From assembly GCA_902763535.1 (NCBI GenBank), contig CACWSG010000003.1:88779-152778 (forward strand): a DNA stretch of 64,000 bases, written 5' to 3'. This DNA comes from an uncultured Pseudomonadota bacterium (GTDB lineage: Bacteria; Pseudomonadota; Alphaproteobacteria; RF32; CAG-239). Position numbers and translations under genes: made by a program. Shown here in pieces: positions 25,611 through 34,276 of this stretch (positions are counted from its first letter, which is position 1; each line of letters begins with the position of its first letter). The notes under the pieces were generated by a model. The model saw only the letters and a list, made by a program, of their open reading frames with translations, was not told the origin of the DNA and did no database searches.

Positions 25611-26894
25611 TTACTTATACATCAAGCAATTTATAATGTAATTTTTATATTTTCCCCATAAAGATATGATTTCTTGCGGTGTTGGGTGTGCATTTAAATT
25701 ATGAACAAATGCATGCAGTCTGTTTATATCAACAGTTGCTGTGCCCTTGAGGTTATTCGAATCGGATTTATTCAAAATTTTTTCTTTTTCAAAGAAACCA
25801 ACAACATCCATCATTTTCTGATTTAAGTGATCACTTTTATCCTTTAAAGAATTCGTTTTCGGTAAGCAATAATCTGTTGCAAGTTCTAAAAGAACGCGCA
25901 TCATAACACCTAAAGAATATGGATGAGTTGAACATTTCAAACGATATTGCATCTCATCCCATATAGCTTTAATTTTTATTTCTTCGTTGGTTTTAGCCTC
26001 AATAGGAAAATCTGTGTCTATAATTGATGGAAATGATACTTTTTTACGAGGATTAACAACTGTTGTTTTGGAATTTTGCGAAGACTTTGCATTTTTTTTA
26101 GGTGTTTGTGGTAAAATCCCTTCATCTTCAAGTTTTTTCAAATACCTTTCTTTATCTTTATTATTCCATAAAGTATGTAATGTTTCTTTACCTTCTGCCA
26201 TGTCATTATGAATCCTAAGCAGAATTTTGAGGACATCCATTCTATCTATTATATATGATACTTTTTCATCTTCTAATATAAACCCTATTTTCTTTCTAAA
26301 CGCATTACTTGAAAATAAACGTTTTATCAAGGAGTGTTCTAGAGTTTCTGCTTCTCCAAGTAAGCCTTCTTTTTTCATTTCGTCTTGCAGAAATACTGTA
26401 AAATCTAGAACTTTTTTCTGACCAGTCAACATTAAATGGTTTTCTTTTTGTTCTCGATTCCATTTTAATTGTCCTTTTCCGGTATCTCCACCGACGTGTC
26501 TTCTTTCTACAAGTTCATTAATATACTGAATATCATTAGATACATCACATTCTATTTTATTTGGTATATTATCATTATTCTTTTTTAATGTCTCAAAAAA
26601 AGAAGACCATACAGTATTTCCAATATAGTTTGGATTATTTAACAACTTAAGACAAGTAATGCGTCGATTACCATCATAAACAATGTATTTATCATTTTCT
26701 TTTTTAACTAAAGGCCGCTCATATAATTTCCCTTCTTTTGCAATGTCTTTAGCTAAAGCCTCTAATCTGCTAGAGTTATTGCTTAATAGCCATAAAATAG
26801 CATCTTTTTCTGTTTCTAGTTTCCCATGTCTGGCATTTTCATTATTTACTACAATATTGTTTATAGATATGGTTTCAACATTCTTATCAGTCAT
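25611..26894 (-). CDS. ParB/Srx N-terminal-domain protein with large unknown C-terminal region
   Basis: ISINNIVVNNENARHG..YIVYDGNRRITCLKLL matches the ParB-like nuclease/NTPase fold (DGNRR box). About 427 aa from the ATG at 26894. Confidence 0.6.
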   Translation of the reverse strand: MTDKNVETISINNIVVNNENARHGKLETEKDAILWLLSNNSSRLEALAKDIAKEGKLYERPLVKKENDKYIVYDGNRRITCLKLLNNPNYIGNTVWSSFFETLKKNNDNIPNKIECDVSNDIQYINELVERRHVGGDTGKGQLKWNREQKENHLMLTGQKKVLDFTVFLQDEMKKEGLLGEAETLEHSLIKRLFSSNAFRKKIGFILEDEKVSYIIDRMDVLKILLRIHNDMAEGKETLHTLWNNKDKERYLKKLEDEGILPQTPKKNAKSSQNSKTTVVNPRKKVSFPSIIDTDFPIEAKTNEEIKIKAIWDEMQYRLKCSTHPYSLGVMMRVLLELATDYCLPKTNSLKDKSDHLNQKMMDVVGFFEKEKILNKSDSNNLKGTATVDINRLHAFVHNLNAHPTPQEIISLWGKYKNYIINCLMYK

Positions 26895-26975
26895 ATTTTT
26901 AGTCTCTACAAGTTCTAGTTGACTAAAGAGTAGCACTATATAATGATTTTATCAATCCTTATTGGGTATTATACA

Positions 26976-27227
26976 CTAGCTTAGAAATTTCCGTTTTTGA
27001 TACTCAGCTTTCAAATCTTCCTGGCTTTGTTTATATCGGGCGGCCATTTGTTCGAGTTTGAATTGCAGGTGGTTGAGGCGGTCGCGTGGTCTAACCGGTA
27101 ACGGATTACCATAGGCCTTTTTTAGTAAGGTTTCGATTTGAGTTAAGGTTCTGCCGGCGTGATAATAAACCATCACAAAGTTTGTCCGGTTGCTCGGTTT
27201 GATATTCTCGTATTTGCGCATTTTCAT
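26976..27227 (-). CDS. Hypothetical protein (83 aa)
   Basis: ORF coupled by a 4-nt overlap to paralogue 2 upstream. Confidence 0.35.
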   Translation of the reverse strand: MKMRKYENIKPSNRTNFVMVYYHAGRTLTQIETLLKKAYGNPLPVRPRDRLNHLQFKLEQMAARYKQSQEDLKAEYQKRKFLS

Positions 27228-27529
27228 AATTCAATCCCCATGTATCGGCAGTAGGAAGAACCGGACGGGTCAACATAAAGTGTCGGTCGGCCGGGACATT
27301 GTAAGGCAACTACTTGGCGGTGGTTTTCGTCGTCGTAGCCACCTTTGCCGGATAAGAAAATATAATCATCTAAAGGGTTTTGACAGACGGCATCATACCA
27401 AACCGGAGGCAAGTTGACCGTTTCTGTTACCGTTACGTCCTCTGCCTGCATGTTATAGCGCCGGCATAATTCCATCACTTCGTCAATATCTGAGGGCTTC
27501 CGGACCATATAAATCTTAACTTTTTTCAT
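27224..27529 (-). CDS. Hypothetical protein, paralogue 2 (inverted copy of 10440-10742)
   Basis: MKKVKIYMVRKPSDIDEV..GKGGYDDENHRQVVALQCPG. It has the same leader motif and RBS as copy 1. Confidence 0.55.
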   Translation of the reverse strand: MKKVKIYMVRKPSDIDEVMELCRRYNMQAEDVTVTETVNLPPVWYDAVCQNPLDDYIFLSGKGGYDDENHRQVVALQCPGRPTLYVDPSGSSYCRYMGIEL

Positions 27530-27633
27530 TGTATTTCCTTTCGTTTGATACAATGAATGCTTGGATTTCAACGAAAGTCCAGTGAAAGAAGCAATTTTTT
27601 TGAAAAAATCCCGAATTTGGGTGAAAAACTTAA

Positions 27634-27660
27634 AGATTATGTGATTTTTTCACATAATCT
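27634..27660. promoter_or_regulatory. Perfect 11-bp inverted repeat (operator-like) next to a TTGACT -35-like hexamer upstream of the ATPase/RloB operon
   Basis: agattatgtga-ttttt-tcacataatct, followed by attgact at 27661-27667. Confidence 0.4.
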
Positions 27661-27719
27661 ATTGACTTTTTGTGTAAAATACCATATTTTCTATATAGAA
27701 GCTAAAAGAGGGGGACAAA

Positions 27720-29009
27720 ATGCTGTTAAGTTTTTCTGTATCAAATTTCGGATCATTTAAGGATAAAGTGACATTTTCAATGTTTCCTGGAAAAATATCT
27801 AAGCAACATGAAAACCATGTCTTAGGGTGCATGCAATATAAAGCATTAAAAGGGGCGGCTCTTTACGGAGCTAATGCTTCCGGTAAATCCAATTTTGTAA
27901 AAGCCATTGCTATGCTTAGAGCTATAGTTACGGGAGAAAGCACAAAAAATATTCTCCTAAATCAATTTAAGCTTGATGTTTCATCTTCAGAAACTGAGTT
28001 TGAAATTGTTTTTCAACATGATAAAATAACGTATCAGTATACATTACGAACAAATGGAATAAGTATTTTATTTGAACAATTGGCTATTGTTCAACAATAT
28101 GGAAAATTAAAATCGTTATTTATACGTGAAAATGATAGTGTAACTATAAATTCCTTACTATCAAAAAGTGCAGATTGGTATAAAAATAGGACATTTCAGG
28201 CAACTAATGCTTATTTATTTAAGCTATGGCAGGATGGGATTATTCCAAATCAAAAAAAGATCAGTGGATCAAAGCATATTATCAATGCAATAGATTTCTT
28301 TTTCTGGTTATTTCCTATAACTCCTCATAGTGTTGCAAACCCAGTTGCGTTTAGTCATTATTTTCATCAAAAAGATTTCCAATTATTTTTAAAGGAATTG
28401 CTACGTGTCGCTGATTTAGGAATTACAGATATTAAGTGGGTTTCTTTATCTAAAGAGGATACAGAGAAATATTTTAAGGAACTATTAGCTAGATCTAATG
28501 TTCCTAATGAATATGGTACAATTTTATCCAAAAACGAATTGGGCGAAATGTTAGCTCTAGATATTGGGCCAAATGGATATAATGGGTATGCGCTTAAAAC
28601 AATCCATAATGGAGTAGAATTCAAATTATCTGAAGAATCGGCAGGAACAATACGTCTGATAGATTTAGCCTTATCTTTCTTCTTTTTAAGAGATCCTAAT
28701 TTTTGCTTGATTATTGATGAGCTTGATTGCCATCTGCATCCGTTTTTGAGTAAATTCTTGCTTCAACATCATATGGAAACGACAAAAAACAAAGGACAAT
28801 TAATTGTTACATTGCATGATTTAAATTTAATGACGCAAGAAATTTGGCGCACCGATGAGATATGGCTTGCAGAAAAGCGGCAGGACGGATCGACGGATTT
28901 ATACTCGTTATACCAGTTTTCACCGCGTTTTGATGCCAATCTGCAAAAAGGTTATATGCAAGGAAAATATGGGGCAATTCCGATGATCGGGAGCTTTGAT
29001 GATGAGTAA
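27720..29009 (+). CDS. AAA/ABC-type ATPase (AAA_15/21-like, AbiLi/RloA-like)
   Basis: Walker A is GANASGKSNF and Walker B/D-loop is LIIDELDCHLHP. The N-terminal FSVSNFGSFKD is typical of SMC/OLD-like ATPases. Confidence 0.75.
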   Translation: MLLSFSVSNFGSFKDKVTFSMFPGKISKQHENHVLGCMQYKALKGAALYGANASGKSNFVKAIAMLRAIVTGESTKNILLNQFKLDVSSSETEFEIVFQHDKITYQYTLRTNGISILFEQLAIVQQYGKLKSLFIRENDSVTINSLLSKSADWYKNRTFQATNAYLFKLWQDGIIPNQKKISGSKHIINAIDFFFWLFPITPHSVANPVAFSHYFHQKDFQLFLKELLRVADLGITDIKWVSLSKEDTEKYFKELLARSNVPNEYGTILSKNELGEMLALDIGPNGYNGYALKTIHNGVEFKLSEESAGTIRLIDLALSFFFLRDPNFCLIIDELDCHLHPFLSKFLLQHHMETTKNKGQLIVTLHDLNLMTQEIWRTDEIWLAEKRQDGSTDLYSLYQFSPRFDANLQKGYMQGKYGAIPMIGSFDDE

Positions 29010-29583
29010 TTTCGGACAGCGCTCACAGTTTAAACTTATTATTCAGCTGTTTTATGAGGGTAGAACGGAACTGGATTATTTGCAAAAGTTTATTCGTCAA
29101 CGCAACAAGAATACATTAATTAGATTAAACAAGATATTGATTAACCCTAATCCTCTGACTTTAGCGCAAGAGGCAGCTAGTCGATTTGATGATTTAGAAA
29201 TGGATAACTCCGAAGTGTGGATAGCTTTTGATGATGACGGCAGAGATGCCGAGGTCAAGGATGCAATCGATTTGATAAACAACAGCGGAAAGGATATTCA
29301 TATAGCCTTTATGAAACCTTGTATTGAAATTTGGCCTCTGATGCATAACGGAATTGATAATGTTACGACACCATCAGCGGCACAATCAAAACTGGAAAGC
29401 ATTATGCCATCTTATGACCATGATAGAAATCCATATTTCGATCTAGATAAAATGCCAAATTATGAAGGTGCGGTGGTAAAAGCAAAACAATGGCAAACGT
29501 CATTATCAGGCGATCCGGAATATAATTCTGCCAAATATGCAGGCATTTATAAATTAACTGAAAAAATAGCTGGTGTGGAATAA
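28996..29583 (+). CDS. RloB-like (Toprim-related) protein
   Basis: FYEGRTELDY, VWIAFDDDGRD and AFMKPCIEIWPLMH match the RloB pattern (CEG.TE..Y, D.D, SNPCFE.W.LLH). It overlaps the ATPase gene by 14 nt. Confidence 0.65.
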   Translation: MMMSNFGQRSQFKLIIQLFYEGRTELDYLQKFIRQRNKNTLIRLNKILINPNPLTLAQEAASRFDDLEMDNSEVWIAFDDDGRDAEVKDAIDLINNSGKDIHIAFMKPCIEIWPLMHNGIDNVTTPSAAQSKLESIMPSYDHDRNPYFDLDKMPNYEGAVVKAKQWQTSLSGDPEYNSAKYAGIYKLTEKIAGVE

Positions 29584-29754
29584 TTTCTGATTTAATTATG
29601 GCGGAACTGCCATAATTAAAATCCACAAATCATCATATTTGCTCCGGTTAGTCCATTTTTATTGGACTTTCTGGAGCAAATACAACATCTTATAAAGTAA
29701 GTAGAAAAGTTCAGAGAAAACATCAGCTGTTTCTAAATTCTATAAACTGTTAAA

Positions 29755-29803
29755 ATATGCTCTTAAGAGCATATTAAATCATATAAAGTGCTTTCAAGAG
29801 CAC
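29755..29803. promoter_or_regulatory. Two adjacent related palindromes (TGCT-N-TT-N-AAGAGCA)
   Basis: A perfect 20-bp palindrome atatgctcttaagagcatat (29755-29774) and an imperfect gtgctttcaagagcac (29788-29803). Confidence 0.4.
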
Positions 29804-29926
29804 ATTTTTAGGAAGGCAAAAACTGCAAAAGTCTGCAATTTCGTATTTAAAAACGGCAAAAATTCATACATAACTTTATAAAATCAGAGAAAACATCAGC
29901 CACTTAAAGATAATTTTCACATATAT

Positions 29927-30110
29927 CCGGTCGCGGGATATTCTTTATGTCATACAAGCGAGCATTCATTACCGAAAAAGAAGCGGTGGCAGACCGGGAA
30001 ACATAAGGTAGATATTGGCTTAAAGCGGTGGCAGATAACAGATACTTTTGTGCATAAAATTATGCGAAATCGTCATTGAAGCACCTATCCACCAGCATAC
30101 GAAAAAACAC
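29927..30110 (+). repeat. Non-coding repeat R1 (about 184 nt), related to R2
   Basis: It starts ccggtcgcgggatattcttt, contains tgataacagatactttt-like sequence, and ends in the att-like ccaccagcatacgaaaaaacac. Confidence 0.6.
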
Positions 30111-30314
30111 GCAATTTCAAATAGTTAGCTCAATTTTTACGATAAAAATTTAATATTTTATTACTTAAAATTGAAAAAACATTCATCTTTTTATAGTGCT
30201 GTCCAGACCATTATGTAACAATTAACTTATTGATTTTATTTGTAATATTTTCAATTTATATTGTCAATTTTTATGAATAATATTGCAAATTTTAAAATGC
30301 AACATTTTTGAATT

Positions 30315-30495
30315 CCTGTCGCGGGATATTCTTTTTGCATTAAATGCCTTCATTCATTACAAAAGGCGAACTAGCGCCATACCTTGAAATATAAGTAAAA
30401 TATGGTCTAGAAGTGTTTTTGATAACAGATACTTTTTGCTTTAAAGTATCCGTAATTGCCATTTCAATCTCAATTCACCACCATAATAAAAACAC
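30315..30495 (+). repeat. Non-coding repeat R2 (about 181 nt), ending in a degenerate tRNA 3'-end copy
   Basis: It starts cctgtcgcgggatattcttt, contains tgataacagatacttttt, and ends caccaccataataaaaacac. Confidence 0.6.
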
Positions 30496-30574
30496 CCCGT
30501 TGTGGGTGTTTTTATTATGGTGAAATTATGATAGCTCGAACCAACGAGAAGTTGGTTTGACTACAAGCGAGAGG
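30478..30574 (+). repeat. Right copy of island-bounding direct repeat
   Basis: ccaccataataaaaacaccccgttgtgggtg..gactacaagcgagagg. Confidence 0.8.
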
Positions 30575-30638
30575 CGGGTTTTGAGAACGTCGGTCGTCTG
30601 TTTTTATTTTTGTAATGTTTGATAACTTGCAATAGCCT

Positions 30639-31796
30639 TTATCCCCCAGTCTTTACAATACCCCTGCCGAATTTGGCTTCAAGCTCGTCAACGAGGTGCG
30701 AGAGTTTGTCGTCGTGCGGTTTTACATCCTCAAACAGCGATTGTTGCACTTCGCCATAGGTCAAATGCGTTAGGGTTACACCGGTTGAGCGATAAATTAA
30801 ATTCGGGCGGTAGAGCTGTTTTAAGAGGTTTATAGCCGCCATGCGCACTTCCTGGTCGCCGTTGGTCGGGTTCGGCAGTTTCGCCTCGATGGCGAGATAT
30901 TTGAAGTCTTTGGTGCGGAGCATGACTTCCACCCCTTGGCAAAAGCCATTCCACCGCCGTAACTTCTGACAAGCCTCATGAACATGCCGATTTAATTCAT
31001 GTTCCAGATATTCCAAACTCTGCGTAAAATCCTCAAAACTTCGCGTAACTTGTATGCTCTGCGGGGCAGTTGGTTCGTTATTCACCAAAGATGTCGCAAC
31101 ACCAGTCAACTCGCTTTTCAAATTTAATCCGTTTATGCCGAAGGCTTTCCTAATCCAGCCGTTTTCTTTCGCCACAAAATCCTTAATCGTAAAAATACCG
31201 CTGAACTTCATGTGCTCGCTGTTTTTGCGCCCGATACCGCTCACGTCCTCAATCGGCATCTCTCCGACAATATCCAAGATTTTATCCGGCGGAATAACGA
31301 ATATCCCGTTGTTACTTTTTGCCTTATCGCTCGCCAGTTTCGCCAGCGTTTTGGAAGTTCCCAAGCCGATGGAAACGGGAATACCGACCTTATCCCACAC
31401 CGTTTGGCGGATATTTTTGATAATGTCGGTATAAGTCGAGTGATAGACCTTGTTGAGCGAAGTCAAATCAACAAACGCCTCATCAACCGAAGTTACTTCA
31501 ACATCCGGACTGAACGTCTTAATCATGTCCATTACTTCTTTGGAAATCTCGGTATAGCGGTGGTGGCGCGCCGGAATACAAATCGCAGTCGGGAAGTTCG
31601 GCTTAACCTGAAAATACGGCTGTCCCATTTTAATCCCGAGCGCCTTGGCTTCCTTTGAGCGAGAAACGATAATGCCTTTTGAACCACCGCCGGTCATCAC
31701 GCACACCGGCTTGCCCTGCAATAAAGGGTTATCCTTCCGTTCGCAAGAAACAAAAAAGCAGTCACAATCAACAAGTGCAATTATCCGCTGGCGCAT
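30639..31796 (-). CDS. Y-family DNA polymerase (UmuC/DinB-like)
   Basis: IALVDCDCFFVSCE, SRSKEAKALGIKMGQPYF and SVDEAFVDLT are typical Y-family (UmuC-like) motifs. Confidence 0.85.
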   Translation of the reverse strand: MRQRIIALVDCDCFFVSCERKDNPLLQGKPVCVMTGGGSKGIIVSRSKEAKALGIKMGQPYFQVKPNFPTAICIPARHHRYTEISKEVMDMIKTFSPDVEVTSVDEAFVDLTSLNKVYHSTYTDIIKNIRQTVWDKVGIPVSIGLGTSKTLAKLASDKAKSNNGIFVIPPDKILDIVGEMPIEDVSGIGRKNSEHMKFSGIFTIKDFVAKENGWIRKAFGINGLNLKSELTGVATSLVNNEPTAPQSIQVTRSFEDFTQSLEYLEHELNRHVHEACQKLRRWNGFCQGVEVMLRTKDFKYLAIEAKLPNPTNGDQEVRMAAINLLKQLYRPNLIYRSTGVTLTHLTYGEVQQSLFEDVKPHDDKLSHLVDELEAKFGRGIVKTGG

Positions 31797-31810
31797 TTTA
31801 CCTCTTTAAT

Positions 31811-31825
31811 GTTCTACTTCTGTTC
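31811..31825. promoter_or_regulatory. Alphaproteobacterial-type LexA (SOS) box GTTC-N7-GTTC
   Basis: gttc-tacttct-gttc lies 15 nt upstream of the polymerase start codon. Confidence 0.5.
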
Positions 31826-31887
31826 TATTATTAGCGCGGAAATATGGAGAGTCAATAGCATTTAGCTAATTAAAAAAATGATTTTTA

Positions 31888-32310
31888 TTATCCATCCAAT
31901 GCGCCGATGCTGCGTAGAATACCAATCATACCTTCGGCGGCGATGTCGTTTGTGATTTTACCCTCGTCGTTGAAATAGTAAAAATTCATAACCGAAGTGG
32001 AGATATGTTTGCCGGTTGAGGGTATTCCCATAAAATCGCCGTCATTGGTGCCGGTCAAGGTCCAACGAACAGCAACAACATTACCCTCGGCGACCATTTC
32101 TTCTAGTTTCCAGTTCACATCGGAAAAGCCTTTTCGCATCCAATGAACAACCGAGAGATAACCTTCGCCTCCATAAAGCGGGGTAGGCGACGCAGGCGTA
32201 TAAAAGGGAGCATCATCTGCCACCAACTCTTTAGCAAGGCTTAAATCAGCGGTATTAATCATGGTTTCAAAGCGTTTCATCGCCGCTTTATGCTTTTCAA
32301 GTTTTTCCAT
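31888..32310 (-). CDS. SnoaL-like ester/polyketide cyclase family protein
   Basis: 140 aa, with a pattern typical of predicted ester cyclases (NTADLSLAKELVADD...VAVRWTLTGT..GDFMGIP.TGK). Confidence 0.6.
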   Translation of the reverse strand: MEKLEKHKAAMKRFETMINTADLSLAKELVADDAPFYTPASPTPLYGGEGYLSVVHWMRKGFSDVNWKLEEMVAEGNVVAVRWTLTGTNDGDFMGIPSTGKHISTSVMNFYYFNDEGKITNDIAAEGMIGILRSIGALDG

Positions 32311-32392
32311 TTTAATGTCCTTAAATTTATTTATACTTATCGCCTGTTGGCTTAAATATCCAAAGATTACTATAATCTATTTACTAATTACC

Positions 32393-34276
32393 CTATTTTT
32401 TGCGGAAGAACTCAACAATCAACATGGTGATGTCATCAGATTGCGGAGCATCTTTAACAAACTTTTGAATACTGTTATGAACATACTCCAAGGTTTGGGG
32501 CAAGGATAATTCTTTTTGATTGAGTATGTCTAACAGGCGATCAGCACCAAAAAAGCGATTGTCCTGAGTTTTGGCCTCGGTTACGCCATCAGTATATAAA
32601 AACAGGCGTTCGTTCGGTTTTAAGCTGATATGCCCGACTTGGTATTCGTAATTCGCTTTGATGCCCAAAACTTTGTTTTTGACAACATCAACATATTCAT
32701 ATTTATCTCCAGTCTTGTGCAGAGGTGCGCAATGACCGGCATTGACATATTCAATTTCGCCGGTTCTGAAATCCAAAATACCGACAAAAGCTGTCACAAA
32801 CATAAGCGGACCATTATTGCTGTATAATGAATTGTTGGCTTTATATAGGGCTTGAGCCAGCGGGTAGCCTGCCTGCAACATATTTTTTATGGCGGTTTTG
32901 GCGGACATCATATAGAGTGCGGCCGTAATTCCTTTGCCGCAAACATCAGCCATTACAAGTCCGGCATGATTTTCATCAATGGGGAAAAAGTCATAAAAAT
33001 CGCCCCCCACTTCTTTGGCCGGTGTCATGGAGGCAATCAGCTCAAAATATTCATTCTTAGGAAAATCCTTAGGCATAGCCGAATCTTGAATATTTTTAGC
33101 AATAGCCAATTCTGATTCCATTTTTTCTTTTTCGGAAGAAATTTTGGCCAACTCGGTTAAGTGCGTTTTGATGTCGGTTTTCATCTTATTGAAAGCCGAA
33201 GCCAGTTGCGCCAACTCCGATGGTTCGTCCAAATGAATGGTTCTTTCCAAATCGCCTTGACTAATTTTTTGCGCGGTTTCGGTTAAGATGGCAATCGGGT
33301 GATTAATATTGCGCTTTAATACATGGTATAAAATCCAAACAATAATCATAGTGCTGATTGAAAGAACACTCAACAGCAAGAATAATTGCTGTACGGCATT
33401 TTGAAATAACTCAAATACCGGCACATTAACTATCAAAAACATTCCGTTGTTCAGGCGTTTGATATAAGGGATATATTTTACGCCTTTATAATAAAAAGGA
33501 ACATTTTCTTTCAAGTCAGCCGAATACCAGCCGATTGTGCTCAATGATTTTCCCATAATTGCGGAATTATCAACATTAGGCTCGGTAGTGGCGATAATAT
33601 AATCATTGGTTTTGTCGGCAAACAAAGCAAAACTATGAAGAGTGGGTTTTATCTTTATTATGGATTTTAAAATAGTATCCAAATCCCAATCAACGGTTGC
33701 CATGCCGACCAATTCGTTCTGGTCATAAATTCCGGCGCCGATCGTTGTCATCAGGTTGCCCAGCTGAGTGCTGAGATATGGTCTGGCCCAAACAACTTTT
33801 TGCCCTTTATCAAGTCCGGATTTAATTTCGCTATACCAATTTTGTTTAAAATAATCAAATGTGCCGTTGGTGCAAGAGAGCAGGGGTTCAATTTGCCTAT
33901 CATTATTCCAAACAGCATGAATACAGGAAATTTTTTGATTTTTATCTATCTTATATGGAGCAAAATAGAGACCGTTGCCCATGGACTTAGTATAATTTTT
34001 TAAAATCCGCTGAGCCGAAAAATCACCAACCTGTTGCTGTTTACCCTTTTGATAATAAACCTCCCCCATTAAAGCCAAATCGAGGGCATTTTTTTCCAAC
34101 TCGGCGATTTCGGTATTTACCTGCCCGTCAAAGGCGGTAATAAAGGCATTATTGCTGGCAATAAGCAACTCTTTATCATGATAAAAAGCCAGACTAGCGG
34201 CACTTACAACAACAGCCCCTAAAGCAAACAGCAAAGCTAAAGTTATAAAAACGATTTTGGATTTAATGCTTGTCAA
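32393..34276 (-). CDS. Membrane sensor PP2C phosphatase (Cache-like, HAMP and SpoIIE domains, RsbU-like)
   Basis: An N-terminal TM, a periplasmic region of about 270 aa and a second TM are present. The HAMP segment is INHPIAILTETAQKISQGDLERTI. The SpoIIE/PP2C segment includes GGDFYDF, MADVCGKG and YTDGVTEA. Confidence 0.8.
   Translation of the reverse strand: MTSIKSKIVFITLALLFALGAVVVSAASLAFYHDKELLIASNNAFITAFDGQVNTEIAELEKNALDLALMGEVYYQKGKQQQVGDFSAQRILKNYTKSMGNGLYFAPYKIDKNQKISCIHAVWNNDRQIEPLLSCTNGTFDYFKQNWYSEIKSGLDKGQKVVWARPYLSTQLGNLMTTIGAGIYDQNELVGMATVDWDLDTILKSIIKIKPTLHSFALFADKTNDYIIATTEPNVDNSAIMGKSLSTIGWYSADLKENVPFYYKGVKYIPYIKRLNNGMFLIVNVPVFELFQNAVQQLFLLLSVLSISTMIIVWILYHVLKRNINHPIAILTETAQKISQGDLERTIHLDEPSELAQLASAFNKMKTDIKTHLTELAKISSEKEKMESELAIAKNIQDSAMPKDFPKNEYFELIASMTPAKEVGGDFYDFFPIDENHAGLVMADVCGKGITAALYMMSAKTAIKNMLQAGYPLAQALYKANNSLYSNNGPLMFVTAFVGILDFRTGEIEYVNAGHCAPLHKTGDKYEYVDVVKNKVLGIKANYEYQVGHISLKPNERLFLYTDGVTEAKTQDNRFFGADRLLDILNQKELSLPQTLEYVHNSIQKFVKDAPQSDDITMLIVEFFRKK

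Larger units (their letters stand above)
5306..30574. mobile_element. tRNA-Ile2-associated genomic (defence) island, about 25 kb, with no integrase detected
   Basis: An imperfect direct repeat of about 97 nt occurs at 5306-5401 and 30478-30574. It begins inside the tRNA 3' end. There are extra tRNA 3'-end copies (5468-5494 perfect, 30472-30493 degenerate). The cargo is defence genes and phage remnants and is visibly more AT-rich than the flanks. Confidence 0.6.

Noticed and set aside
5306-30574. An intact prophage or conjugative element
   Set aside because: There are no capsid, portal, tail, large terminase, relaxase or T4SS genes inside the island. Only an HNH gene, a broken TerS-like gene and DUF3489 hint at a phage or satellite ancestry.
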